A DNA stretch of 62,338 nucleotides, counting the filler, from Sphacelaria rigidula (lineage: Eukaryota): NCBI GenBank assembly GCA_964200075.2. It is 11 parts of 11 records of this genome, joined end to end, with 100 filler letters (N's around TTAATTAATTAA, not from the genome) between each part and the next. Parts side by side here need not be neighbours in the genome. Positions count along the whole stretch, not along the records: positions 22,707 to 28,282 come from CAXNAA020026178.1; positions 28,383 to 33,958 come from CAXNAA020026179.1; positions 34,059 to 39,634 come from CAXNAA020026180.1; 8 more parts are not named here. The stretch is one strand, 5' to 3'. The notes under the pieces are model-generated. The model did no database searches. It was not told where the DNA came from and saw only the letters and a list, made by a program, of their open reading frames with translations. Every line of letters begins with the position of its first letter. Position 1 is the first letter of the stretch. Both the position numbers and the translations under genes were made by a program. Below, piece after piece: positions 25,678 to 37,433 of the stretch.

Positions 25678-25678
<1 letters not shown>

Positions 25679-26875
25679 GACTTCTTATTTATCTTTTCTT
25701 TTGCACGGCACCGCCGCCCATTCATGGGCCTGTCCACACTTCATCGTATGCCGTTTTAGTTTGGGGGGAAAGAAGGGGAGGGTCTACTCATGATCTTGCA
25801 TGCCACCATTGACCTCGCATCCCTACAAAACCGGGACGGAGCACGCCGACTTTTCGCCTGGTGGAATGGAGGAGGGAGGGGAGGGGGGGAGGGCTTGCAG
25901 CTTTTAGTGAGCAACGCTTACCTTGGTTGGCCATCGTGGTGCTTTGTGTCTGAATCGGTTGACGGTATTTGTAGCAACGTGGCCGCCGAAAGCTCATTTT
26001 TATCCTCCCCGCAGAGAGCAGCCGTTCATTTTTTATTTTGTTTTCACGTTCCTTGTTTCTACCACCTCATGTAGTAGTAGTACACTTCTGATTTGAAGTT
26101 AATGATGTAGAAGCTTGGATAATACCCGTGGGGGGTCGCTGAAGGTTTCACAAGGCCGACAGACAGCCCATGAGCTACCTGAAGTGGCTAATCGAAGAAG
26201 ACGCTATTTCGATACAAGGTTCGCCTTCGGGAGGTTGGTGCTGGCCTCCCGGGAGAGACGCAAGTCGAAAATATAGCAGTGTTATTCCTCTTCCGTATCA
26301 TGAAGGCATTCGTGTGTGAGAATATGTACCGTCCAGTAGATACTGTCACATTCCGCAGTTTCCGCAGTTTCAATTGTCTCAGACCAAGAGTGGAGATCAT
26401 CACGGGAAGAGGGGTGGACGCTTCCAGCATCAAGAGCTCGCTTCACGGGCGGTGTGCGGAGGTGGGAAAAAGCACCATCACGCACGAGACCCGTCACAGC
26501 ACACATCACTTCTGCTGAAAAAAGGTCGCGTCCCGGTAGTACACAGCGAAGTTGTGCAGGGTTCTCTACATGCCGGCCCCACCCGGCGCGCACGGATTTC
26601 AAATCATACTTGGTAGACCTGAAGAAATATACGTGAACAATGATTGGTGCTCGATTTTACTTGATTTCAGAATAAAGAAAGTTTTGAGAAAATTCATCAT
26701 TCGAGGCAGGTGAGCAGTGGTGAGCAGTAGACCCAGCTCGATCAAAACGTGTTTTGGCCCAAAATCGGCTCAAAGGCGTCGATGTGAGCTCTCGCACGCA
26801 CGCTTAACGCACGCTTCACTTAAGAAACACTCTGCACCCCCATTCCCCGAGGGTTCTCGGTATGCCTTGGTCGGT

Positions 26876-26903
26876 GTTAGGGTTAGGGTTAGCGTTAGGG
26901 TTG
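26876..26903 (+). repeat. Interstitial telomere-like (TTAGGG)n
   Basis: gttagggttagggttagcgttagggttg. Confidence 0.8.
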
Positions 26904-28434
26904 GCGGCATCTCCACAGTACCAACCATTGCTTACGTACATTTCTTTAGGTCCCCTTTGTGAAGTACCTGCGTAGGGATGTATCCCTGTCACAAGCACAT
27001 CTCTGTCATCCCTGTCACAAGGACATCCCCGCGCCGGTACTTCACAGGTGCATCCTGTGAGGGAACTCTCTCTTACGGGTTGCACGATCACAGGGATTTC
27101 GGTACTCCCCTGCGCTGGTCCTCCACAGGTGACCCACAGTGGGGACGTTTGCCCACGTGTGTGCCTTGTTCAACTCGCCAACGGCTCTCTGCACGATCTT
27201 GGTTTGCTGCCGACTACGGCCAAGGCAATGTTCAATTGTTTTCAACTACTTTGCTCTTATGTTCTCGTGACATTTGCTGCATGACCGCCGTCTTCATGCT
27301 CCCAAATCAACGAGGACGCAAACAAAATCACGGTGAAAAAATACCCCGCCATTAGCAGGCTTTTGTGGTTCGGGACCGACACCCCGCGAAAAAGAGTCAG
27401 TTTGGGCGACTTTCGGTGGCCAGAACACGCGCCACAGCTATCAGATGGCGCCGAAACCTGAACGGTATTGTGCCGCTGCGCCTTTTTCGTGCGCTGCAAA
27501 ATGAAGCGCGGGATAGAATTGCCTTGCTGCCAGAGAAAACTTGGGCAAAAGTCGTGGAAAATGTGAAATGATACATGTACATATTCATAATATCCTTTGA
27601 CCAAGAACACAGAAGAGTACGTGACACAGCGGGGTCCGAAAAGCCGCAGCACTACCTTCGCGCTACTCCGCGTGTCCGGCGTCCCGTGCTGCAGGAATCA
27701 AATATTCCACGGTTCGGACGAATCATCGCCAGTTCGAATCATCAAATCCACGATTTCTTAGGCCTGATTGCTCAAAAGAGGGAGAGAAAAAAATCTTGAC
27801 CGCTGGTCGGAAGGGTATCCACGCAATTTTTGCGCCATTCCACGTGTCTGGGCTGTGTGTACACCGGGGTTGCAACGCTGAGAACAAAAAAGCTTAGGGA
27901 TCGGTTCGTACGGTACGAATCAATTACACTAAAACCTAGTGATTTCCAGACGAATCATGAGTTCGTCCGACCCTTGAAATATTGAAGAAGGGGTCCAGTG
28001 AGCTAGCTCATGATCCGCATCAGTACACTAATAAGGAGCGATAGTAAGGTAGCGCATGAGCTGTCCGCCGTGTGGAAGGTTACTCTTTTGGCCATGTGGC
28101 AGTAGTGCGTGTCTGGAGGCGACTTCCCGCGCAGGTTCCAAAAGTATTGCTGTATATATAGTATATCTATAGTATTTCGACCTCACGAGCGTGAAGCATA
28201 CTTTGTAACGAAGCGTCCACGAGATTGAATGCTGATTTTAGTCTGCAAGTTCCTCCGCACCCGCCCCGGGAGATGACTGTTCNNNNNNNNNNNNNNNNNN
28301 NNNNNNNNNNNNNNNNNNNNNNNNNNTTAATTAATTAANNNNNNNNNNNNNNNNNNNNNNNNNNNNNNNNNNNNNNNNNNNNGGGGGGGGGGGCACCCGG
28401 GAGCGGGAAGGGCGAGGGGGATGCAGACGGAGAG

Positions 28435-28482
<48 letters not shown>

Positions 28483-28483
<1 letters not shown>

Positions 28484-29336
28484 CCAGAAGCAGAATGCCA
28501 GGAGCAAAGCTGGCTGAAGTGTCTGAGGGACGATTTTCAAGTTTTCGGGGCCGCGAACGGCTCTACGGACGATAACCGACAGACGTGCTGCATTGAAAGT
28601 GTACTCTGACCTTCAGCAGCGAAGAAGGAAGGGGGGAAACCGTGGCACGCGGGGGTGCTGCAGGGAACGCAGAGGTTTATGTCGTCTTGGAAACAAGAAG
28701 AAGGAGGAGGCCAACTGAAAACGTGCGATTAAACGGGATCTTTGAGGAGTTCAGGGAGGAAACGGAAGAATTTGTAGCCAGCTTGTATCGAACTAAACAT
28801 GGCAGAAGCGGCAGGACTTCTCATCATTTCCCCTTATCTTCTTTTCCTCCGCCAATTGCTGCCTTTCATGCACCCCTCCCCCAAGGTGGTGTGTTGTTGT
28901 GTTGTGCTTTTCTTGTTATGCATGGCATGATCGTACACAAAGCTGTCCCTCTAGAGGTACAGGGATAGACCCCTGCGATTCTTAGCGCTATGGTTGGTGA
29001 TCTTGGCCCCCGAGTTGGGCTTCATTCCTGCTTGGCTTCACGTGTTGAGTGGGCCATTCGGCCCTGCCTCCAGTAGCCCGAATGTTCGCCTGCGGCATCG
29101 GAACTTAGGAGGTTCGCAGTTTTTTTCCTTGTTCTCATTTTTTTTATCCATATTATTTTCATATATTTTTGAATCGCGTCTGTTTCAAGTTTTCCGGGTC
29201 TGATTTTGTTTTTTTCTTATACCCTATTTTAGGTAGTTAGCCTGTGACCACGGAAGGTGCCCGCATCAGATGCCAGTACACAGCAATGCACAGATACCGG
29301 AAGGGTTTTAATGTGCAGACAGCAACAACAGCACAA
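28483..29336 (+). mobile_element. 3' fragment of an RTE-like LINE (decayed ORF2 C-terminus + 3' UTR + CAA/CAG-rich tail)
   Basis: QEQSWLKCLRDDFQVFG...W..GV..G..RFMSSW resembles RTE ORF2 ends; the UTR is shared with 49480-50125. Confidence 0.65.
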
Positions 29337-29337
29337 A

Positions 29338-30427
29338 GGGAAAATACAAAAGTGGGCAAATCGTCCCTATGTCCGCCAAGCGTAGGCACAGGTAGTCACG
29401 CAAGTTGAAGCTGTCCGTGCTATGCCCAAACCACTCAAAAATCAATCCCCACAAAAAAGCAAGGCGCCCACAGCCCATGCAGAGCATGTGCACAAACTTT
29501 CGCGAAAAAATAGCGCGGTTTCACAGCCGAACAGCGCCGCGGAAAGCAAGGGTTTTCGCAGAGTACCCTATTTTGTCCGACAACGGGGTACGTATACCCA
29601 GCGAAAATTACTTAGTTTATCTTGTACCCCACTTTGTCGTATGATGTCTCATATTATGTCCAAAGTATACCTCAATTTGACCAGTATAGGCCTTCCGCAG
29701 TCACCGTCCAATCCAGCTCACGACTCAAATCCGAATGGACGAAGAACTTCTCCAATCCCTTTTTTTACCGTTTTCTCCGGCCTGGAGGCTCGAGATCTCT
29801 GCGGAGTAATTGGCGCACTGAACGAACGTTAGCAAACGGCTCGATAAGTTGCGAAATACGGAACAAAACGCAAACGGCTATCTTGCAGCTTGTTAAGCTG
29901 TTTGCCAACGGTCGTGCGGAGTGTCAATCACTCCACAGAGGTCTAGAGTTTCCAGGCCGAAGAAGAGGTAAAACGAAGCATGGGCTCTTGCATCTCCAGG
30001 CCGTAAAGAGAGATAACACGAAAGGTTGGGGGAGTTCTTCGTCCATTCTTTTTTGTGCCATGCGCTGGGTTGGACAGCGGCTGTGGAATGCTAATATGAT
30101 TCGAGGTACACTTTGGACATGGTATAAGATATCATGGGACAAAATGAGGTGCAAGATAAACTAAGTAGTTTTCGTTGGGTACAGCTATTCCATTTTCGGA
30201 CAAAATAGGGTACTCTGCAAAGCCCTGCATATCGCGGCGCTGTTCGGCCGTATAACCGCGCTCATTTCTCGCGAAAGTTGGTGCATGGATTGTGAGCGCC
30301 TTGCCTTCGCGTGGGAGTTATTTTTGAGTGGTTTGGGCCTATCACGGACAGCTCCAACTTGCGAGGTTACCTGTGCGTATGTTTTCGCTGAAGTAGGGGA
30401 GAATTTACACAGTTTTGTCTTCTGCCC
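29338..30427. mobile_element. 1.09-kb non-autonomous element with ~250-bp diverged terminal inverted repeats
   Basis: 29338-29590 aligns with the reverse complement of 30186-30427 (e.g. gcagagtaccctattttgtccga / tcggacaaaatagggtactctgc). Confidence 0.85.
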
Positions 30428-30599
30428 TGTTGTAAAAATCCTACAGTAGTTCCACGCCAGACAGTCAGGAGTATAGTACCCGTGTGCACGGAGTGCCGTT
30501 TGCAGCCCTGAGAACGTAGTACCAAATGAGTCAACTCCCAATGGTGGACAGGTTTCGCTTTGCAACTTTTTGCGATTCGCGCATCAATACGAGGAGTAT

Positions 30600-33233
30600 G
30601 TACAGAAATGACGAAGAAAGACTAGACGTGACCAGCCTCTATAAAATGTCTTTCGGAGAAGAGAAGGCCTCACGCAGAACAAACGCACGCGCACATACCC
30701 AAAACAAAATAAGGAGGCCACGGGAGCAGATTGCGATTCAGCTACTTGGGCCCTGGTGTTTGGGTATGAGCTTTCATCCAATAGCCCTATGAAAGCAAGG
30801 CGCCAAACTGCTAGTTGCATAGAAATGAGAGGAAAGAAACAGCGAGAGAGAGGACAGAGACAGAGGAAAATATGGAGATGAAGATAGGAAGAGAGAGCCG
30901 TGCGACACCCTCGAAATGGTTTCCATCCTGGATTCCTCGCTAGCTGTAGCTGTCGTCGTGTCCGCGTTGGCGGCTCTCTGATTGGCGGCTTTCGACTCAG
31001 CAGCCTGTCGTTTTTGCCGAAATTCCGATCGGTGTCTGTCTTCGCGTCACCACGCCTCCCCGAGTCCTGCCGCTCCTTTATCGACCACAATATGCTTTTT
31101 GCTCATGTTCTTCCCCGCGATAACCCCATCGTGTGCGCGTTTGACCTCCACATCGTAGACGGACCATTTTCGTCGTGCTCGTTTACGTGAAAGAGCGTCT
31201 ACTGCACGTAGGTTCTCCTCGAGGCGGTCCCCTCAGTGTTAGCGGGGCCAGCCAGCCTCCTTGGCCACTCGTGCGGCTCACTGTCCGAACAGGATGCGCT
31301 TCGGAATGCGTGTCTCGTCTTACCGGACAAGGCCTCCCGCAAAGCAGAGTTGACGGGTGCGGATCGTCATGTCGATACGTACGCGGTTGACCATCTTGAG
31401 CACCTCTCTGTACGAAAACGTCATGTAGCCAGTTGCCTCCGTCTTGCGAAGTCCAACCACTCGTAGTAAAAACTGGTGGTGGACAGCGCATAGACTCATG
31501 AAGTCCTCAAAACACCCCGTTTGTGTAGGATATCCGTATTGCATAGCTCCCTAATCCTTAGACTGGGCAGCGGGATTTACAGAAGTAGCTCGGCGTTGGG
31601 CCGGTCGTGGAGCTGGGACCTATACTTTGCGAGTCGTGCCCATGCAGCGCTGATGCGGTGATTTGTTTCGATGAAAATATTCGCATCTGCGCTGACAGTA
31701 CCTAGGTAAACAAACTTTGCCGTCTGCTTGTACCCTTGACTCGCCGCGCTGATGTGCAGTGCGGTCTCCGTGGAGCGGGGTACTGACCACAGGCGCAAGG
31801 GCTCCGTCTTGCGATCAGATACCTTAATCCGAACTCCTGACTGGCCACTACTATCACTGCTGTCATTTCAACACGGCCGTCTGTGTACCTCGATACTGTA
31901 CCTGCGCCATCCGCATAGAGCATTCCCAACACCACGCGCCACGCCTTCTCCAGCGGTGTCCCTTCCACGAGTTCACCATCGTCACTCTCTGCGAGTCATC
32001 AAGATATACCAAGTCGGAGACGATAGTCCAGTCTTCCACGAAGCTCTGGGACATCAAATCGACCGAGGTTGCACCGGAGATGTTGATTAACAGCGGGGGT
32101 GAAACGCATCCTTGCCTGAGTCCCTGGCAGAGGTAGAGCCACGCTGATATTGCCCCTCCAGCCCTATCCGAGTTCGCATGTCATCGTGAAACGTGCGGAT
32201 CGTATTGATCATTCACGGCGGGACTCCGAACCGAGCAAGCACTTCCCACGGGAGCGTGCGATCTACGGAAATGTAGACCTTCTGCAGGTCGACAAAGCAC
32301 ATGGTTAGTGGGATATCGTTCGCCCGCGCCAACTCTTGCAATCAGCGTATCAAAAACATCCTGTCGGTGATCGATCGTTGGCGCCAGAATCCGCACTGCT
32401 CTTCCGGGAAAATCCCTGCCTCCTCGCAGAAACTATTGGGCCTGTTGGCTACGATTTTGATGAGAACTTCCCCAGCATGTGCCACGAGGGAGATACACCT
32501 GGATTTACCGAACTCGACCGTATCCCTCTTCTTGCGTAGCACTTTGACGATGACGTTTTTTCTTTCCTGCGGCACCTCGCTAGATGTCCAAACCGCAGCG
32601 ATGATGTTGTGGAAGTGGTGCAGAATCGCCAAACGTTCCTAGATCAATCCAAGCTTCAGGAGTTCATCAGGTAGACCATCTGGGCATTTGCTGTGCTGTT
32701 AGCCGTAGTTCTCAGGGCCTCCTCAGTTTTACTTGGGCTTGGCGGGTCTCCTAGTGACAACGCTGTCGATTGGCTTGGTCTATAGTTACCGATATGGCGT
32801 TCAGAACGGTAGAGGAGTACCCTTCCCATCTCTCACAAATCGTACCTTTGTCCCGCAGTAGATTCCTGTCCTCGTCCTTGACATACTATCCGCTCTCCGC
32901 TTTTCGTCCCGCCGTACTCCATCCTTCTTTCACATGTTTGTAACATCCTCTCATGTCCCCAATTGTAATATAGTCGTCAAGTTCCTTCACATAAACATCT
33001 GTTCGTGTTGACCTGGGTAAGCCTGCTGCCACCCACAAGTTGTAGCAAAGAGGTGCGGTTGCTATCGTTGACTCGGCTATCGTTGACTCGAAAGTCCCGT
33101 CCGTATGCCCTCAGTACCTTGCCGTCCTCCCCTCCCGCTCTTACTCCAGCCCTATCGTTACCATAGATCAGAACAATCAGGTGTTTATTGTTGGAAACTT
33201 GGTTCGCAGTGCTATCCAGCTCAGTTTAGGACA

Positions 33234-33274
<41 letters not shown>

Positions 33275-33862
33275 TCTTGACGTCAGTGGGTCCGTAGGGG
33301 CATATGCAACCACAATCGTGACCCCGCTCGATTCGCCTGCGAGGATGAACTTCATAGGCATAAGGCGATCGCTGACGAGCGCAAGAGTCCATGCCGTCTT
33401 GGTGACGATTGACTCCGTAATCGCCAACCCGACTTCATGCTGTCCAGCTCTTTCCTTGTCCCCTGTTGGCCCGCAGCAGGAAACTCGGTATCCTGCGGCA
33501 GCGAAAGTCGGTTCGATCCGGTCTCCTTGTATCCTGGAGTCCAATGACGTCAAAAGCCACCCCTTGATATTTCTGCGGAACTGGCGGGCATTCAGACAGT
33601 AGGGTGAAAAAGGTAGAGTGTTGGTGTGTTGGTGTGTCCAATAGCGGTCCTGATTGGGCAGCAACCAATGGCAGCCCAAAACTCTGTTTACCGTACATGC
33701 TGCACCTGAGGCCATGCTGCAGGGGCTGGCCATCTCATCGTTGTCGTTATTGTTTTTATCGGAACGGGTACTGGATGTTTTGGCGTTTTCCTGTTCTTCC
33801 ATTCCGGGCGGACCCCCGATGGGGTTGGCGTCGATTGGCGATGACGCTATAAAACACGCCAC
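30600..33862 (-). mobile_element. Decayed RTE-clade non-LTR retrotransposon (APE endonuclease + reverse transcriptase)
   Basis: APE motifs DVIGLQ(D)TRR, GQHEVGLAI, VVAYAPTD; RT motifs ISLVAHAGEVLIKI, PEEQCGF..RS..D, MLYADG (degenerate YADD), FVYLG; many stops and frameshifts. Boundaries approximate. Confidence 0.92.
33234..33273 (+). repeat. (CT)n microsatellite at the break in the LINE endonuclease domain
   Basis: Seen directly, just after VVAYAPTD on the minus strand. Confidence 0.9.
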
Positions 33863-34413
33863 TCACTGCGTAAGCTAGGCGACCAGGTTACCGTTTTTTG
33901 CGCGCGCTTGCGTTTTTTTTTGCGGTAACCATTATGGTGGTCGAGCTAGATCATGTTGNNNNNNNNNNNNNNNNNNNNNNNNNNNNNNNNNNNNNNNNNN
34001 NNTTAATTAATTAANNNNNNNNNNNNNNNNNNNNNNNNNNNNNNNNNNNNNNNNNNNNCGAACATCAGGCGCTGTATGGCCATTTCTTTCGTGACACTTT
34101 TAGCTGGTTTTTGGGGGGGGCTGTCGTAGAAAGTGTCAATTACGCATATCTACCGTAACACCACACTCTATGCATGTATATGTGTTTTGATAATCCAATT
34201 CTTTTTTGAAACGGGTGTTTGCAAAAATATATGACTCCAAGTCAAAGCTGCACTTCTCTTGTGACATAACTTGTCGGTGAACTAGCTCTTCATCCCCAAC
34301 GCCACTGTATTGTTGTCATCTGGAAGTGGAAATCATGCAATAATGCCATAAAAATGAATCTCGAAAATTCATCGCAAGATGTTCTGGCAGACCATCCGAA
34401 ATCTCGACCAGCA

Positions 34414-34478
34414 TTACATCTTCTCGATGCTTTCGTCAAACTTGGTCAGGTATTTTCGCGGCCACTTCGAGCCATCGG
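34414..34478 (-). CDS. Possible terminal exon of the contig-7 gene (ADGSKWPRKYLTKFDESIEKM*)
   Basis: CTAAC branch-like motif and aacag| acceptor; phase 1 fits the previous exon, but alternatives exist. Confidence 0.35.
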
Positions 34479-35215
34479 CTGTTTGATGGATCTCAACGAT
34501 TGTGAAGGAGGCGGTTAGTGTCCGTCAGCCATTATAATATTTGAGTCCTCGACGAATGATTCGTTTCTTCGCGTTTTTGTATGAACATGCATTTTTGGTC
34601 GACACCGAATCCACTTTCTGTCGTTTCTTACCCACGTTTGTTGAATAATTCTTACTATGAGCGAGATATTAGCTAGTGCTGCTCTCTTGTGACCACCGCA
34701 GTAATGCCTAGGCGCGCCTCCAAGTATGGAAGTGAGTGATGCTACAATAGGGAGGGGGGGAGGCGGGGGGGGGGGTTGATTCCACGAAACTAGGCTCACC
34801 ATTGTATCAGGCAATCTGACTAGTTGTGGTACGTTCGTATTTGGTCGACAACGGTGTCAGGTGTTGTGAATAAGAGTATCTTATCGGTAACAAGCGCGTT
34901 CAGATTACCGTTGCTCCTCTCAACGACGATTTGGTGGAAGAAATTACGCAAAACAACCCTCCTCTCCCTATCGTGGCATCACCCAAGTTGTTTACACTCG
35001 CGTTGCTTTTGTCGCCATCGTGGATCACAACAACTTGAAAAGAGGGTAAACGTATCCACAGCAACAGTGCACTGCGTGTTGCGCCATTTCAACGTGTGTG
35101 ATGATCATTTCTGACTGTGGCTGTTGCAGTCACGAAACAACCATGTCGCCCGGAAATGTGATGTGCGCCGTGACTCCAGGAGGCAAGTGTGCATTGCATA
35201 AGAGTAGGTCGATAC

Positions 35216-35345
35216 CTGCGATTCGGTCTTTGTCTCGCTTTGCTTGTTCCTTAGCTGAAATCGTGGATCCTGCGGAGGATGCGGCCCCCGACGTCGTCGC
35301 CTTTTCCGTCTTACGCCGTACTCGAAATTTACCTCGCCCTTTACG
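35216..35345 (-). CDS. Exon of the contig-7 gene (RKGRGKFRVRRKTEKATTSGAASSAGSTISAKEQAKRDKDRIA)
   Basis: cgtag| acceptor, CAG|GTATCG donor, phase-compatible. Confidence 0.6.
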
Positions 35346-35722
35346 CTACGCAGTGTAGGGTGTATGACAGTTTTGTCAACCATACACGTCGTGTCACGGG
35401 GGGCAACGGAAGGGGTTGAAAATGGTCAGACATGTTCACAGTAGGTACCGACGTCTAGAAGTGCAGAGGACACGTGCTGGTGACGTGGGCAGCTTCAGAA
35501 CGAAACGTGTCAAACCGATATGTGCTATATTATGGACGGCATCTCAAAAGCAGTAGGTAAGATATATTGACAAGCTGTTGGCTCGTTATAGACGCCTGCA
35601 CGGCAATGTTTTGGTGCGCTGCGTACATGCCGATGACCCCACCACAGCGTAAACTGTTTACTCGCGTCACTGTGCAACGTGCACCTGGAATATCGATGCG
35701 CATCTGTGATGTCCATCATCTG

Positions 35723-35787
35723 GGATATGGGCACCCATCGGATATGGGCACCCATCGGATATGGGCACCCATCAGATATGGGCACCC
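35723..35787 (+). repeat. 17-bp tandem repeat (GGATATGGGCACCCATC) x~3.8 within a larger ATCCC/GGGAT-rich element (~35690-36030)
   Basis: Seen directly. Confidence 0.9.
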
Positions 35788-36402
35788 AGATGTACATTCC
35801 AGGTGGGTATCCCGAATGGAAATCCCAAGTAGATGTTCCAGATGAACATCCCAATCAATATCCGTATCCCAAATGAATGCCCATCTGGGATATGGATATC
35901 CCACATATATGTCCATGTCTCGCATGAATATCCCACATGATTGTGATATCCCAGATGGAAATTGACATCCCGGGTGAATTATCGCCCAGATATATATATA
36001 TATATATGATATCCTGGAGACATATGTTGCAAGATGAGTAAACAACATCTCCAGCACGTGCCTCGAGTCTACCCTTTGACTGACCGTGAAACCACTGTCA
36101 GATAACCGTGTGCTGTGCACGCAGAAAACGGGAGCGTGGTAGTGATGAATCGCACATTTAGCTGTGTGATATTTCGGCGAAACAAACATGCGTCCATGAA
36201 GGGCGTTGATCTGCTAAAATTTGGCAAATGTGACTCTACTTGAACTTGTCAATTCGATCCCAGAGAGCAGAATGTCACCCGCAAAAGTAGGCTGTACATA
36301 CTCGACAGAATTACACATATATTTCCCACAGCCGGAATGTTTTGCGCCCAATCTTCCCTCTGAAACAAAATCAACAAGCCCGTCCTGTCTGCTAATCTTC
36401 AC

Positions 36403-36516
36403 CTGGCGAGCTGGGATGGGAGGTGTCGGTGCCTTAATTGCGGTGCTCGCAATGGCTTCGCGTCTTGAAGAACTTGCCTTGTCGCTCCTATCTCTGCACC
36501 AGCTGTCGCTGTGGTT
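36403..36516 (-). CDS. Exon of the contig-7 gene (NHSDSWCRDRSDKASSSRREAIASTAIKAPTPPIPARQ)
   Basis: catag| acceptor, CAG|GTGAAG donor, phase 0/0. Confidence 0.55.
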
Positions 36517-36774
36517 CTATGTGGACAACATCAGCACGTACGTCACGTGAATCCAACGAGAATCTGATTGTTGTTTGATTCCACGCAATGGTCACATATA
36601 TCCGTCCGGCCCAAGTGACACTGGGTGAATTCAATCAGTGCCAGGAAGGCGACTTAATCAGCAGTTGCCTCATCTCGGCCTGCATGCTCTCTTCTTGATC
36701 TAACGTTTTCTCGCCTTGAGAAATATACTCAACGGGCGGCTACATTTAAAGGACGAGCTCCTTGTTTTACAAAC

Positions 36775-36939
36775 CTTGTTGTTGTCATCTGACTGACCCT
36801 TTCCGACCGCTCTGCTGTCAAAATTGTGATGGTACTGATTCCCTCGCTCGTTCGCCCGAAATTCTTCTGCCTGTTCTTCATCTCGTTCCTCCTCTTCCGA
36901 AGTGGCGGCCGCTTGCCCCATGAAGCCTTCAATAGGCGT
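36775..36939 (-). CDS. Exon of the contig-7 gene (TPIEGFMGQAAATSEEEERDEEQAEEF...DDNNK)
   Basis: ttttgaag| acceptor, AAG|GTTTGT donor, phase 0/0; acidic composition continues the large exon. Confidence 0.65.
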
Positions 36940-37433
36940 CTTCAAAAGCAAGCACCGAGTGGGGATTCAGAAATCCAGGGGGGATGGGGGGCTATTTGAG
37001 AGAGGGCGTGCTAGTCAGGCTGGTGATAGAGGTGGGGGAGGGGCTCGACAAAAATGGCTACGACGGCAACTCCCGTGTAGGTTGTGCTTCACATCATGTC
37101 GTAACGGAGAGAACTGGGGGGGATATCACTTGAACAATCGATTGAATGCCCGGCCTGGAAGTGGTGAGTGTTGGAAAACGTGCTACTCTCTCGCCCGCGA
37201 ACGTGAGAAAGGTCGCAAGCCCAGTCACCAGCGCCCTCTTCGGGCACTATCCCGCACAATAACCCTACCCGCTCAGGAGCACCTGCCTGATGAAATCATT
37301 AGACAATATTTCGATTTCGTCCGGCCTCTGGGAAAGGAACTACTACCGCACGGCGGAATAGCACTATCGCCCCCAAGTATAACACTCTCCAGGAAGATGC
37401 CCTCCTAATGATTCGTCGAATAAAACGGCTCAC

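Noticed and set aside
35723..35787. 17-bp repeats as a CRISPR array
   Set aside because: Contiguous units with no spacers, no cas genes, eukaryotic context.
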